Of a DNA stretch of 64,000 bases, positions 32,392 through 42,002 are shown one piece after another; the stretch's first letter is position 1; every line of letters starts with the position of its first letter. A program made the translations under genes and the position numbers. This DNA is from Syntrophorhabdaceae bacterium. Lineage in GTDB: Bacteria > Desulfobacterota > Syntrophorhabdia > Syntrophorhabdales > Syntrophorhabdaceae. Under the pieces are notes generated by a model. That model was given only the letters and a program-made list of their open reading frames with translations. It was not told where the DNA came from and searched no databases. The stretch is taken from positions 416,001 to 480,000 of the forward strand of contig CAXXUO010000002.1 of NCBI GenBank assembly GCA_963666485.2. Reading direction: 5' to 3'.

Positions 32392-34494
32392 TTACAGTGT
32401 CAAGAATTCAGTGATAGAAGATATGTCCTCAGATTGACCCTCTGGTTTGCTATCCCCAGTTTTCTCCTGATGTTGTCCCGGTGGGAATGTATGGGGGGCG
32501 CTGGGCGCAACACCCATAAGGTCCGCGATCTCTTTTGTCGATTTACCATCACGTATATATGATGCCACCTGGATCTCCTTGGGTGTAAAATCGAAGCGGT
32601 CTATTCTGTTCAGGAATGGCGACATTATCTGGCTCAGGTTTATCAGGGCGATGTCGAGGCTGGCCATCGCCTGTTCATCGGTATGGCGCTTTTTGACATG
32701 TTCAATATGGGGCAGGACCAAACGCTTTATATTGGAGACGAATGTATTCTCGAGTTCATGGCGGCTCTCTTCGATCTGCCTCAACAGGACCCTCAGGGCC
32801 GTGTTTGTCTCTTCGAGAACCTTCGATTTGTTCAATAAGGCCCGGTCGTTCTCCTGGAGCATATCGAGGAATTTCTTTCTTTCGGTAATATCGCTGCCGC
32901 TGCCCCGGTAGCCCCGTAAATTGCCGTCCGCGCTAAAAAAAGGTTGTCCGCTGATCTCGACGTAGACCGTATGGCCATCCTTATGGATACACCTCCTTTC
33001 GATCAGCGTGAATGACTCTTTCTTCTCCATCCTCTCCTTCAATTGAGAGAGTATTCGTTCTATCTCATCAGGATGCATGATATCGAGGGGGCTCCTGCCG
33101 AGCAATTCCTCGGGAGCATATCCCAGTACGTCATGCACCCGGTGACTTATGAAGGTAAGGATGTTATCGGCGTCTACTTCCCATATCCATTCTTTTACCG
33201 AACTAATGAGGGCGAGGTATTGTTCCTCCTTTTCTCTTCGCCTGGCCATCTCCCGTCGAAGTTCTTCCGTGCGTTCTTCCACAAGTTTTTCAAGGTGGTC
33301 GCGATGGGACTTGAGTTCTTCCTCCATTTTTTTACGATCGGCTATGTCCTGCACGACGGCGACTATATAATCTATCTCTTTATCCTGGCACCGCACACAA
33401 CCCACGGTAACGTGCGCCCACAGTATACTCCCATCCTTGCGGATAAACCGCTTATCCATCGAATAGCTGCTGATATCGCCGGCAAGAAGATGTTTGAATT
33501 GTTCGAGGTTGGCCGCGATATCATCGGGATGGGTCATCTCAAGCCATGTCATGCGCAACAATTCTTCGTGGGAATACCCCAACATGCTGCACATGTAATC
33601 GTTGACCTCGATCCAGGTTTTATCCGGGGATGATACGGCGCGGCCCTGGGGGGGAAGCTCAAAATAACTGCGAAAACGGGCCTCACTTTTCAGAAGGCGA
33701 TCTTCCGCTGCCTTCTTACCCGTTATGTCGCGAACGCTTGTACGGTATCCCAGGTTTTCGCCCCGATCGTCGAACATGGGCTGGTACGATACCGTTTCCC
33801 ACTTGAGGCTCCCATCCTTACACTGCATCCTGAACTCTACATCACCGGGCGTTTCCCCTCGTAATGCGGCGGCCCGCGCACGCTCTATCTTCGGCCTGTC
33901 GGCCTCGTCGATAAGGCATAAAGGCGCATCGGGTAACGCCATGTATTCTTCCCTCGTATACCCCGTCAGTCTGAACACGGCAGCATTCGTCCATAGTGTC
34001 TTCTTGTCCGGGCCTACCCAGTTTTCCCAGTTATACGCGTACTCGGAGATAGAGCGGAATTTTTCCTCGTTCCGTTTTAGCATCAACATGGCCTGGCATT
34101 TTTCCGTAACGTCCTCGATAATTCCGTCAAAGATGACGGATGACTCGGTTTTGACCGGCTCCGAGCGTACCCCGAACCAGATTACCTCTCCGCCGGGCTT
34201 TCTCAATTTTCCCTCGTATCGCCATTCTTCGATTTTGCGGATGGCCCTGTTGACCGAGGAATAAAACCCGCGACGGTATTCAGGCAAAAGAAGGTCGTGG
34301 AAGCGCTCAATATATCCATCAATATCAGGTTTGAGGCCCAGGATCTCTTCTGATCGTCTGCTTACATAGATAAGGCCCGGTTTGCCGTCATGTACGGAAA
34401 ACCTGAAAACCACTGCCGGGATGCCCAACACGACATCATGTAACAGGTCTTTTGTGCACATAGACCGAAACCCCCGGGGATTTGGGAAAAGCAT
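32392..34494 (-). CDS. Multi-PAS LuxR-family regulator with a frameshift in the HTH (possible pseudogene or phase variant)
   Basis: Four PAS/PAC repeats, then FTPKEIQVA..IRDGKSTKEIA. The rest of the HTH continues in another frame after a C6 run (+ strand G6 at 32493-32498). Start may be at 34461. Confidence 0.85.
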   Translation of the reverse strand: MLFPNPRGFRSMCTKDLLHDVVLGIPAVVFRFSVHDGKPGLIYVSRRSEEILGLKPDIDGYIERFHDLLLPEYRRGFYSSVNRAIRKIEEWRYEGKLRKPGGEVIWFGVRSEPVKTESSVIFDGIIEDVTEKCQAMLMLKRNEEKFRSISEYAYNWENWVGPDKKTLWTNAAVFRLTGYTREEYMALPDAPLCLIDEADRPKIERARAAALRGETPGDVEFRMQCKDGSLKWETVSYQPMFDDRGENLGYRTSVRDITGKKAAEDRLLKSEARFRSYFELPPQGRAVSSPDKTWIEVNDYMCSMLGYSHEELLRMTWLEMTHPDDIAANLEQFKHLLAGDISSYSMDKRFIRKDGSILWAHVTVGCVRCQDKEIDYIVAVVQDIADRKKMEEELKSHRDHLEKLVEERTEELRREMARRREKEEQYLALISSVKEWIWEVDADNILTFISHRVHDVLGYAPEELLGRSPLDIMHPDEIERILSQLKERMEKKESFTLIERRCIHKDGHTVYVEISGQPFFSADGNLRGYRGSGSDITERKKFLDMLQENDRALLNKSKVLEETNTALRVLLRQIEESRHELENTFVSNIKRLVLPHIEHVKKRHTDEQAMASLDIALINLSQIMSPFLNRIDRFDFTPKEIQVASYIRDGKSTKEIADLMGVAPSAPHTFPPGQHQEKTGDSKPEGQSEDISSITEFLTL

Positions 34495-34874
34495 TATAGG
34501 GATGCCCGATAACTACCTTACCATAATATTCCCACATTAAATTGCGGAATTAATGCTGTGTTATTATGGTAACTTTTACCACAATATTCGGAGATTTGAA
34601 CATATTGAAGGATATGTGTATGCATCAGGTGGGGTGCAGGAAAAGTAAATCCGGGGTTTATGCTCCTGCACCCCGGGGAAGAGATGAGACATTTATCAAT
34701 ACAGACTGCTCCCGATATTATCACCGAAATGCCGGGAATGCACTACGGAAACATTAGGGTTTTAATGCGGTTTCCATTACCACATCGGACAGTTTTGCAT
34801 TATCGAGATCGAATGACAGCGTCACGGCCGCTCCACCCCGATCACGGCATATACACAGGTGCTCTACGGGCAAC

Positions 34875-34907
34875 AAAAAAACGGCGCATTTTTGCGCCGT
34901 CTTTTTT
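34875..34907. terminator. Intrinsic terminator
   Basis: AAAAAAACGGCGCA-ttt-TTGCGCCGTCTTTTTT downstream of ORF 34922-35203. Confidence 0.8.
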
Positions 34908-34921
34908 CATTCAGATTGAGC

Positions 34922-35203
34922 CTATTTCTTCATCTGCTCGCGCTGCTGCTTGGCCTCCGCCTTAAACTTCTCCTGACAGGCCTTCAGCTCACCCGGGTTT
35001 TTGGCCGCCTGCACGCAGGTCTTCTCTTCCTGGTTGCGCGCTATGCGGGCATCGATACGGGCAAGCACGTTCGCCTTGTGTTTTTCAAAATCCTGCCCCT
35101 GCGCCTTGGCCGGCGGCGGCGTCGGTTCCGCCGCGATCGAGGCTGCAGCGAATACACCGGCAAGGAACATTACCAAAATGATCCTCACGAGAATGTGTTT
35201 CAT
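34922..35203 (-). CDS. Small secreted helical protein
   Basis: Signal peptide; C-X11-C pair; AAGGGGG RBS. Confidence 0.75.
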   Translation of the reverse strand: MKHILVRIILVMFLAGVFAAASIAAEPTPPPAKAQGQDFEKHKANVLARIDARIARNQEEKTCVQAAKNPGELKACQEKFKAEAKQQREQMKK

Positions 35204-35367
35204 TAAAACCCCCTTCTGCTATGATTTTTGTTGACTCTGTTTGGACGACTTCTCTCGAAGCCTCAGGAGCACCCCTATTGTCACTGGCAGCACACGCCCC
35301 GGTACCCTGATCTGACCCCGGAGATAACCACAACTACCCCTATGGTAATATAAATGAAGACTAAGAT

Positions 35368-35455
35368 TGGTGCCGGAGGCGGGGCTTGAACCCGCATGAC
35401 CGCGAGGGTCACCGGATTTTGAGTCCGGCGCGTCTGCCAGTTCCACCACTCCGGC
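35368..35455 (-). tRNA. tRNA-Leu(CAA) with encoded CCA
   Basis: GCCGGAG acceptor stem, D arm, CCGGA-CT-CAA-AA-TCCGG anticodon arm, long variable arm, GGTTCAAG T-loop, ...CTCCGGC-A-CCA. Confidence 0.96.
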
Positions 35456-35542
35456 GCGCGTAATATTAAAGGCTTTCTTGCCCTGCTTTGTCAACCCTTT
35501 CGTGCCGTGAAAATGATTAATTTACGATGCCGCGGCACCAAT

Positions 35543-35573
35543 AAAAAAGGGCCCCGAAAGGGGCCCCTTCTTT
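35543..35573 (-). terminator. Intrinsic terminator after the porin gene
   Basis: AAAAAAGGGCCCC-GAAA-GGGGCCC hairpin. Confidence 0.8.
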
Positions 35574-35589
35574 CCGTAAGGAATTGATC

Positions 35590-36897
35590 TTAGAAGAAAT
35601 ACCAGGCTGCGAACCTGTAAACGTCGCCGGTGCCTACGCGGTCATCGGTCACGCTAGGTGTAGATGCCAGGTTGTAGCCGGTGACCAGATGGGTCCACTG
35701 GAGCCCGAACCTGATCGCCTGGTTGGCGTCCCACAGCAGGTTGACTGAGTAGGTCTGGTTCATGTTGATGTTGTTGGGGAAAGCCATACGCTGATATTCG
35801 CTGGCGTTGTATTTCAGGTAGCCGTAAGCAAGGTTTGCCCAGAGCTTATCGGTGAACCAGAAGGACAACTGGGTGAAGAGGCCCCAGGCGGTCGGTGCCG
35901 CGGCGTCTCCATTCTCCATTCTCCAGTAGGAGCCTACGCTCGGGGTCGCTACCGGTGTCGGGACGTTGTTCCAGTTGTTGCCTGCGAAGTTCTGGCCGTA
36001 GAAGAAGTTACCGTTGAGAAGCATTGCGAACTGCTTGTTGCCCTGTTTTTCAGGGATGATCGGTACGCTGTACCTGAAAGCAAGCATCCAGGCGTTGACG
36101 GTATCATCGTAATACCCACCCGCACTCGATACGCCCGGGGCGGCATAGGTGGGAAGTCCGGCCACAGTCTGACCCGTGATCTTCTTTTCCTTGCCAAAGT
36201 AACCGCCAAAACCAAACTTCAGGTTGTTCGGGCCGATCTTGCCGCAGCGGTCGGTCCAGTACGCGAGCTCGGCCATGAAGCCCGGCCAGTTGCTCCTGGC
36301 ATAATCATCGGCCTGACGCGTAGGATTGGCACCTGACCACTCTGTGGCAGACTGGATACCGATCATGGCGTTAAACTCTTTCGTGAAGAAATACCTGAAG
36401 GCCATCTGAGGCATCCTGAGGCCTTTGAGGTAGGTCGACTCATCGTTGAAGCCGATCTCTGCGATATAGTAGGGCATACCCCACTGCTGCCAGTTCTGGC
36501 CCATCATCAATTCCGCTGAATCCCAGTTCAACGACATGAATGCATGCCTTAACTGGAAGCCGCCGTAGGAGTTTCCGGTCGATACGCCGCGGAAGTCACC
36601 TTCGACAAATGCGCTTGTCTTTGCTCCCCAGAGATCCGGGCCCTTGATGAGGAAATTAAGGCGGGTCTCACCAGCGGTCTGGAAGGTATTGCTGTAATCG
36701 TCAGCAAGCCAGCTGGTTCCTGAGGACGGTCTGCTGGCATAGTACATGTCAGCATTTGCATTCTGGGTGGTATAGCCCAGATCGTACTTCACAAAGCCGC
36801 CAAATGTTACATCATATCTGCTTGATACGCTGCCCGCATTGCTCAATGCCGGGATGACAAGGAACACAGCAAGCAAAACCAATACTAACTTCTTCAT
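35590..36897 (-). CDS. Outer-membrane porin (DcaP-like beta-barrel)
   Basis: Signal peptide MKKLVLVLLA, GGFVKYD, ETRLNF, FVEGDF, LRHAF, GQNW; C-terminal aromatic WYFF. Confidence 0.82.
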   Translation of the reverse strand: MKKLVLVLLAVFLVIPALSNAGSVSSRYDVTFGGFVKYDLGYTTQNANADMYYASRPSSGTSWLADDYSNTFQTAGETRLNFLIKGPDLWGAKTSAFVEGDFRGVSTGNSYGGFQLRHAFMSLNWDSAELMMGQNWQQWGMPYYIAEIGFNDESTYLKGLRMPQMAFRYFFTKEFNAMIGIQSATEWSGANPTRQADDYARSNWPGFMAELAYWTDRCGKIGPNNLKFGFGGYFGKEKKITGQTVAGLPTYAAPGVSSAGGYYDDTVNAWMLAFRYSVPIIPEKQGNKQFAMLLNGNFFYGQNFAGNNWNNVPTPVATPSVGSYWRMENGDAAAPTAWGLFTQLSFWFTDKLWANLAYGYLKYNASEYQRMAFPNNINMNQTYSVNLLWDANQAIRFGLQWTHLVTGYNLASTPSVTDDRVGTGDVYRFAAWYFF

Positions 36898-37174
36898 TCT
36901 TGCCTCCTTAGTAATATTTTTTGCATCTTTGAACATACTTGTCGTCACTCCACCTCCCTCTATTAACTTTTTTTAATTTTATATCAACCGGCCGGAAAAC
37001 TGTCAAGGGAAAAATTAATTATTTTTAATAAAAAATCCCCTTTATTTCTTCCGGCCCGACGCTCCAAGGACGACCTTCCCTTATCTTCCCGGGCCCACGC
37101 GTCACGAGATAACTGGTCATAGCGTCCCTATGTCTAATATAACACGTCCCGGCGGCGGTTTAATCGTCCGTTTG

Positions 37175-37183
37175 TGCTATACT
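37175..37183 (+). promoter_or_regulatory. Extended -10 promoter for the archease-rtcB operon
   Basis: TGcTATACT ahead of an AGGAGG RBS. Confidence 0.5.
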
Positions 37184-37286
37184 TAATTGGATCAACTTTA
37201 AGGAGGGACTATGGAGCCGCAAGGACCCGGGCTGCAGAATCTTTGTCAGAAGCATGGAAGGACCATTAACAGGTGAAATACTGGCA

Positions 37287-37694
37287 ATGATAGCTTTCAG
37301 GGTCCTCGATCATGATGCCGATATCCGGATAGAGGTCTCCGGGACATCCCGGCAGGAACTCTTTGAAAATGCCGCGAAGGGTATGTTTTCGCTTCTGACA
37401 GACCCCTCTTTCGTCCAGCCCGTGATCGAGAAGGATATCATCGTCAAAGGCAACGGCGAACTGCTCGTCAATTTCCTCAATGAACTTCTTTATGTCTGGG
37501 ACGTCGAGCGGTTCATACCGGCCGAGGTCTCCGTGGATTTCACACCGGATGGAGCACATGCCGTTTTGAAAGGGGAAAACTTCGACGAGCAAAGGCATGC
37601 CATTCAGCTGGAGATGAAAGCTGTGACGTACCACAATTTTATGATGACCGAACAAAATGACCTCTACCGGGCAACCTTCGTTATCGATGTGTGA
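37287..37694 (+). CDS. Archease (RtcB activator)
   Basis: [33 protein letters not shown]-terminal IDV; directly upstream of rtcB. Confidence 0.93.
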   Translation: MIAFRVLDHDADIRIEVSGTSRQELFENAAKGMFSLLTDPSFVQPVIEKDIIVKGNGELLVNFLNELLYVWDVERFIPAEVSVDFTPDGAHAVLKGENFDEQRHAIQLEMKAVTYHNFMMTEQNDLYRATFVIDV

Positions 37695-37716
37695 TCCCGG
37701 TGATCATGGTGCGATT

Positions 37717-39165
37717 ATGAGCGAGATCGAAAAGCTTGAAAAGATTGACGACAACCGCTTTCTGATACGTAAGAGCGGGGCAATGCGCGTCGACGGGGTA
37801 ATTTATCTCGATGAAGGACTCCTTCAGGGCCTTGGCAACGACGAGAGCTTAAAGCAGGTGGAAAACGTCGCTACGCTTCCGGGCATTGTGAGGGCCTCGC
37901 TTGCCATGCCCGATATTCACTGGGGATACGGTTTTCCCATAGGGGGGGTCGCCGCCTTCGATAAGGACACCGGTATCATATCGCCCGGCGGCGTCGGCTA
38001 CGATATCAATTGAGGTGTGCGCCTTTTGCGCTCCGTGTTGAGCGTACAGGACGTCCGAAACAAGGTCCAGGATATCGTGGAAGGCTTTTTCCGCAACATT
38101 CCGAGCGGACTCGGGTCACGGCGGAAGGATGTCCGGCTTACATACAGCGAATTAAAAGCGGTGCTGAAAAAAGGTGCGCGCTGGGCGGTCTCCAACGGGT
38201 TCGGCACATCGTCGGATATCGAGCACATCGAGGACGGAGGATGTCTCGAAGATGCTGATCCTGACATGGTCTCCGATAAAGCGTACGACCGGGGCAAGGA
38301 CCAGCTGGGAACGGTCGGAAGCGGCAACCATTTTGTGGAGGTCGGGTACGTTGCGGAGATATTCGATCCCGGGATCGCATCGGACTTCGGGCTTTTTCCG
38401 GGGCAGGCCACGGTAATGATACACACGGGCTCGCGGGGGCTCGGATACCAGGTTTGCGATGAATCGATCCGGCACATGCTTTCTGCAGCCGCAAAATACG
38501 GGATCGACCTTGTTGACAGGCAATTATGCTGTGCGCCGCTTGGATCGCCGGAAGGCAGCCGTTATTTCTCGGCAATGGCGGCAGCCGCCAATTATGCCTT
38601 TGCGAATCGCCAGATGATAACGCATTGGGTACGCGAGACGTTCGAACAGGTATTTCGGGCGAGCGAGGCATCGCTCGGGCTGTCCCTTGTCTACGATGTG
38701 TGCCACAACATTGCCAAAAAAGAGAAGCACGTCGTTGAAGGTAAAGAAGTCAACCTCTGCGTGCATCGAAAGGGGGCCACACGCGCCTTCCCTCCCGGCC
38801 ACAGGCTTGTGCCGGAAAAGTACCGCAAAGCCGGGCAGCCCGTCCTCGTCCCCGGGGATATGGGGCGCGCCTCGTACGTTCTTGCCGGGACGCACCAGGC
38901 AATGGAGGAAACGTTCGGCAGCACGTGTCACGGGGCAGGAAGGGTAATGAGCAGGAACCAGGCGTTAAAGGCAGCTCGTGGACGATCGATCGCCGGAGAG
39001 ATGGAAAAGCGCGGCGTATACGTGCGGTCAGCCAGCAAAGCGACCCTCGCCGAGGAGATGCCAGAGGCATACAAGGATGTTTCGAAGGTGGTTGAGGTCG
39101 TTCATCGTGCCGGCATATCAAAACTCGTGGCGAAGATAGTGCCTCTTGGGGCCATAAAGGGCTAA
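37717..39165 (+). CDS. rtcB: RtcB RNA ligase, predicted selenoprotein (TGA 38011-38013 at the catalytic Cys)
   Basis: ORFs 37657-38013 and 38017-39165 are in one frame. [14 protein letters not shown]...[16 protein letters not shown], then [40 protein letters not shown] are all intact. Confidence 0.93.
38022..38050 (+). promoter_or_regulatory. Candidate bacterial SECIS element of rtcB
   Basis: Stem TGCGCTC/GAGCGTA with loop CGTGTT starting 21 nt after the UGA; lower CCT/AGG pairing. Confidence 0.65.
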
Positions 39166-39170
39166 AAGAT

Positions 39171-39206
39171 GGTTCAAGGTAAAAGGTTCAAGGTTCAAGG
39201 TAAAAG
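39171..39206 (+). repeat. Heptamer array (GGTTCAA/GGTAAAA)n
   Basis: Directly after the rtcB stop; inverted partners (TTGAAC(A/T))n at about 39259-39286 and 39666-39693. Confidence 0.8.
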
Positions 39207-39230
39207 ACCCCCCCCTATAAGACGGTTAAT

Positions 39231-39332
39231 AATCAGGTTCCTGAAGTCCGCTTTTTCTTTGAACTTTGAACATTGAACATTGAACTCTTTTCTATAATAA
39301 TGGTAATAAATTGAGCATGGCTGAAGAAAACG
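39231..39332 (+). repeat. 102-bp direct repeat of the cobO promoter and first codons (other copy 39638-39739)
   Basis: Identical except one base; contains TATAAT and ATG GCT GAA GAA AAC G. Confidence 0.95.
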
Positions 39333-39375
39333 TAAAGGCAAAGGGGACGTCCTTAAGAAAGTAAGTAAAGGCAAA

Positions 39376-39488
39376 GGGGACGTCCTTAAGAAAGTAAGTA
39401 ACTTAAAATCACCCGGTCCAGAGATAAGAACGACAGGGCGGTCCGTTTAGTTGTTTGAGGAGTTTCTTACTTTCTTAAGGACGTCCCC
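39376..39488. mobile_element. MITE/REP-like element with 23-bp terminal inverted repeats
   Basis: GGGGACGTCCTTAAGAAAGTAAG (39376-39398) and CTTACTTTCTTAAGGACGTCCCC (39466-39488). The left end is tandemly duplicated as 33-bp units 39332-39364 and 39365-39397. Confidence 0.75.
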
Positions 39489-39723
39489 CAAATTTTTCCG
39501 GAAGGTTTGACAATGAATGAGTGGCAGTTGATATCCCTCCGCGATTGGAGTGTCTTGCACTGAAACAATCTTAACCGGAAGACTGTGACTCTTCATTTAT
39601 GAGTCTGTAGTTGTCAACGCTTTACCTGACCAGTGCAAATCAGGTTTCTGAAGTCCGCTTTTTCTTTGAACTTTGAACATTGAACATTGAACTCTTTTCT
39701 ATAATAATGGTAATAAATTGAGC

Positions 39724-40242
39724 ATGGCTGAAGAAAACGGGCTTGTTATCGTCTTCACGGGGTCCGGGAAGGGAAAGACGAGTGCGGCGCTCGGGATTGC
39801 GCTGCGGGCGTCGGGACGCGGACTGAGGACGGTCATCGTTCAATTTCTGAAAAGTGCCGAAATGTCCGGGGAACAGCTCATCGGGAATCCGTTAATAGAG
39901 GTCCACGCCTTTGGGACGGGGTTCTTTAAACGGGGCGACGATCCGCAACCCCACATTGATACTGCAGCCCAAGGATGGAAGGTTGCCGAAGATATGATAC
40001 TGTCCGGTGGCCCGGACATTCTTGTCCTCGATGAGGTATCACATGCCGTCAATTTCGGTTTTTTACCTCTGGAGGCTGTATCGGGAGCAATACGGAGGAA
40101 AAAACCCGGTCTTCACGTCATCTTAACCGGAAGGGACATGCCGCAGGACCTTGTTGAAATTGCCGGCATCGCCACCGAAATGAAGGAAATTCGCCACATT
40201 TACACGTCAGGCCAACCGGCGGTAAAAGGGATAGACTATTAG
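39724..40242 (+). CDS. cobO: Cob(I)yrinic acid a,c-diamide adenosyltransferase (CobO/BtuR)
   Basis: FTGSGKGKTSAALG.ALRA.G.G, VQFLK, LDE, LTGR, KGIDY. Confidence 0.93.
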   Translation: MAEENGLVIVFTGSGKGKTSAALGIALRASGRGLRTVIVQFLKSAEMSGEQLIGNPLIEVHAFGTGFFKRGDDPQPHIDTAAQGWKVAEDMILSGGPDILVLDEVSHAVNFGFLPLEAVSGAIRRKKPGLHVILTGRDMPQDLVEIAGIATEMKEIRHIYTSGQPAVKGIDY

Positions 40243-40332
40243 ATCGTAAGTCGTAAAGAGTTAAAGCAAAATCCAATTTATTTATGGATTTTTTTACACC
40301 TTACGGCTGACGACTTACGACTTGCGTTTCCC

Positions 40333-41202
40333 TCACCTTCTCGCCCAATAAACACTCGCAAAAATAATCACCCCGCCAATAAGCTGATAGATATTGAGGG
40401 TTTCCCCTGAAACGAAATACGCCGTTGCGGCGGCAGTGGCCGGGACGCAATACTGGTATATCATTGTCCTCGTCAGGCCAATTCTTGCCACGGCACGATA
40501 CCAGAGGAAGAAGGCAATAACGATCGAAAACACTATAGAAAAGACGATCACCATCCACCCTGTCAGCGAAAGGCGTGCCATCTCGCCCGGGTCAAAAAAG
40601 GCCGGGACAAAGAAGCCCAGGAGGATCGCCCCGGCAAGCATGCTGTATGCCGTTACCTTCAACGGAGAATGCTTTTCGAGGAGCGGTTTGGATAATATCG
40701 TATAGAGCGCCCAGGATAAGCTGGCGAAAAGGGCAAGCACAATTCCCCGGGTATCCGAAGCAATGAGGACCCTGAAATCGCCTCGTGTCATGAGAATGAA
40801 TACCCCGAAAAAACCGGCAATAATGGCCATCAGCCTCTTCTTCGCAAATCTCTCGTATCCCAGGAGGGCGCTCAGGAAGCCGCCGTAGATCGGCGACATA
40901 TTTATGAGGATGCCGACATTGACGGCCGATGTATATTTTAAGGCATACGTGAAAAGCAGCTGATACACGGTTATCCCGATGGCCCCGAGCAGTGCGAGCC
41001 GCCACACGTCCCGGTACGCCACCTTTACATCTTCAATAAAAAGGAGTAAAAGAAATAAAAGAACACTTCCCGTAATGAACCGGACCAGTATGACGTTGAC
41101 CGGTGAAAGACTGACGAGAAGGTACTTCACCGCCACGATGTTAGCGCCCCAGATGAGCGAGACGAAAAGAAGTGAGAAATCGGACAGGCGATCGCGTTCC
41201 AC
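40333..41202 (-). CDS. DMT/EamA family transporter
   Basis: Ten hydrophobic helices; IWG.N...K duplicated EamA pattern. Confidence 0.9.
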   Translation of the reverse strand: MERDRLSDFSLLFVSLIWGANIVAVKYLLVSLSPVNVILVRFITGSVLLFLLLLFIEDVKVAYRDVWRLALLGAIGITVYQLLFTYALKYTSAVNVGILINMSPIYGGFLSALLGYERFAKKRLMAIIAGFFGVFILMTRGDFRVLIASDTRGIVLALFASLSWALYTILSKPLLEKHSPLKVTAYSMLAGAILLGFFVPAFFDPGEMARLSLTGWMVIVFSIVFSIVIAFFLWYRAVARIGLTRTMIYQYCVPATAAATAYFVSGETLNIYQLIGGVIIFASVYWARR

Positions 41203-41264
41203 GCACTATTCTTAAATGCCGCATTCCGCTTTGTCAATTTTTATTGGCGGAAGATTAAATCTTA

Positions 41265-42002
41265 ATGACGGAGAGACCGATGGACCCCAGAGAAAAAATG
41301 ATCTTTGCCCTCGATGTCGATCATTTCGAAGAAGCGCAGCAGCTTGTCATGCAGTTCAAGGACCATGTAGGGATGTTCAAGGTTGGCAAGCAACTGTTCA
41401 CCCAGTGCGGTCCCAAGATAATCGATTATATCAAACTGAAGAATTCAAAGGTTTTTCTCGATCTGAAATACCACGACATACCCAACACCGTGGCAAAGGC
41501 ATCCGTCGAGGCAGCCAGGCTCGGCGTCGATATATTGAACGTTCATGCCTCCGGCGGGTTCGCCATGATGTCTGAAGCGAAACGGGCGCTTGTTGAGACC
41601 GGGAAGAACCCGGACATTCAGCGCCCGAAAATAATAGGGGTCACCGTCCTGACGAGCCTTGACGATAACGAACTGAAGAGGATCGGTTTCGATATCCCCG
41701 TGATCGAACTGACCCGCAAACTGGCACTGCTTGCCAAAGAGGCCGGTCTTGACGGAGTGGTCGCAGGAGGAAGCGAGATCGAGATGATCCGGGAGATCTG
41801 CGGGAAAGACTTTATCATTATTACTCCGGGCGTCCGGCTCGAAGACAAAAAGGACGATCAGAAGCGGACGATCACACCGTACGAAGCCATAAGAAAGGGG
41901 GCCACGTACATCGTTATCGGACGGGCGGTGCGCGACGCGGACGATCCGAAAGCGCTCCTGAAAAAAGTGACCGGTGATATACGGAATGCCCTTTCTCTTT
42001 AA
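41265..42002 (+). CDS. pyrF: Orotidine-5'-phosphate decarboxylase
   Basis: ALDV, FKVG, FLDLKYHDIPNTV, TPGVR, DDQKR, IGR. Confidence 0.97.
   Translation: MTERPMDPREKMIFALDVDHFEEAQQLVMQFKDHVGMFKVGKQLFTQCGPKIIDYIKLKNSKVFLDLKYHDIPNTVAKASVEAARLGVDILNVHASGGFAMMSEAKRALVETGKNPDIQRPKIIGVTVLTSLDDNELKRIGFDIPVIELTRKLALLAKEAGLDGVVAGGSEIEMIREICGKDFIIITPGVRLEDKKDDQKRTITPYEAIRKGATYIVIGRAVRDADDPKALLKKVTGDIRNALSL

Noticed and set aside
32392..35455. Genomic island integrated at tRNA-Leu
   Set aside because: No integrase, and I found no duplicated tRNA 3' end in the window.
35219..35494. 91-aa ORF
   Set aside because: Shadow ORF across the tRNA-Leu gene.
37717..39165. rtcB as a nonsense pseudogene
   Set aside because: The single stop is TGA exactly at the conserved Cys, a SECIS-like hairpin follows, all other motifs are intact, and a second gene in the window shows the same pattern. 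Not fully excluded without reads and sel genes.
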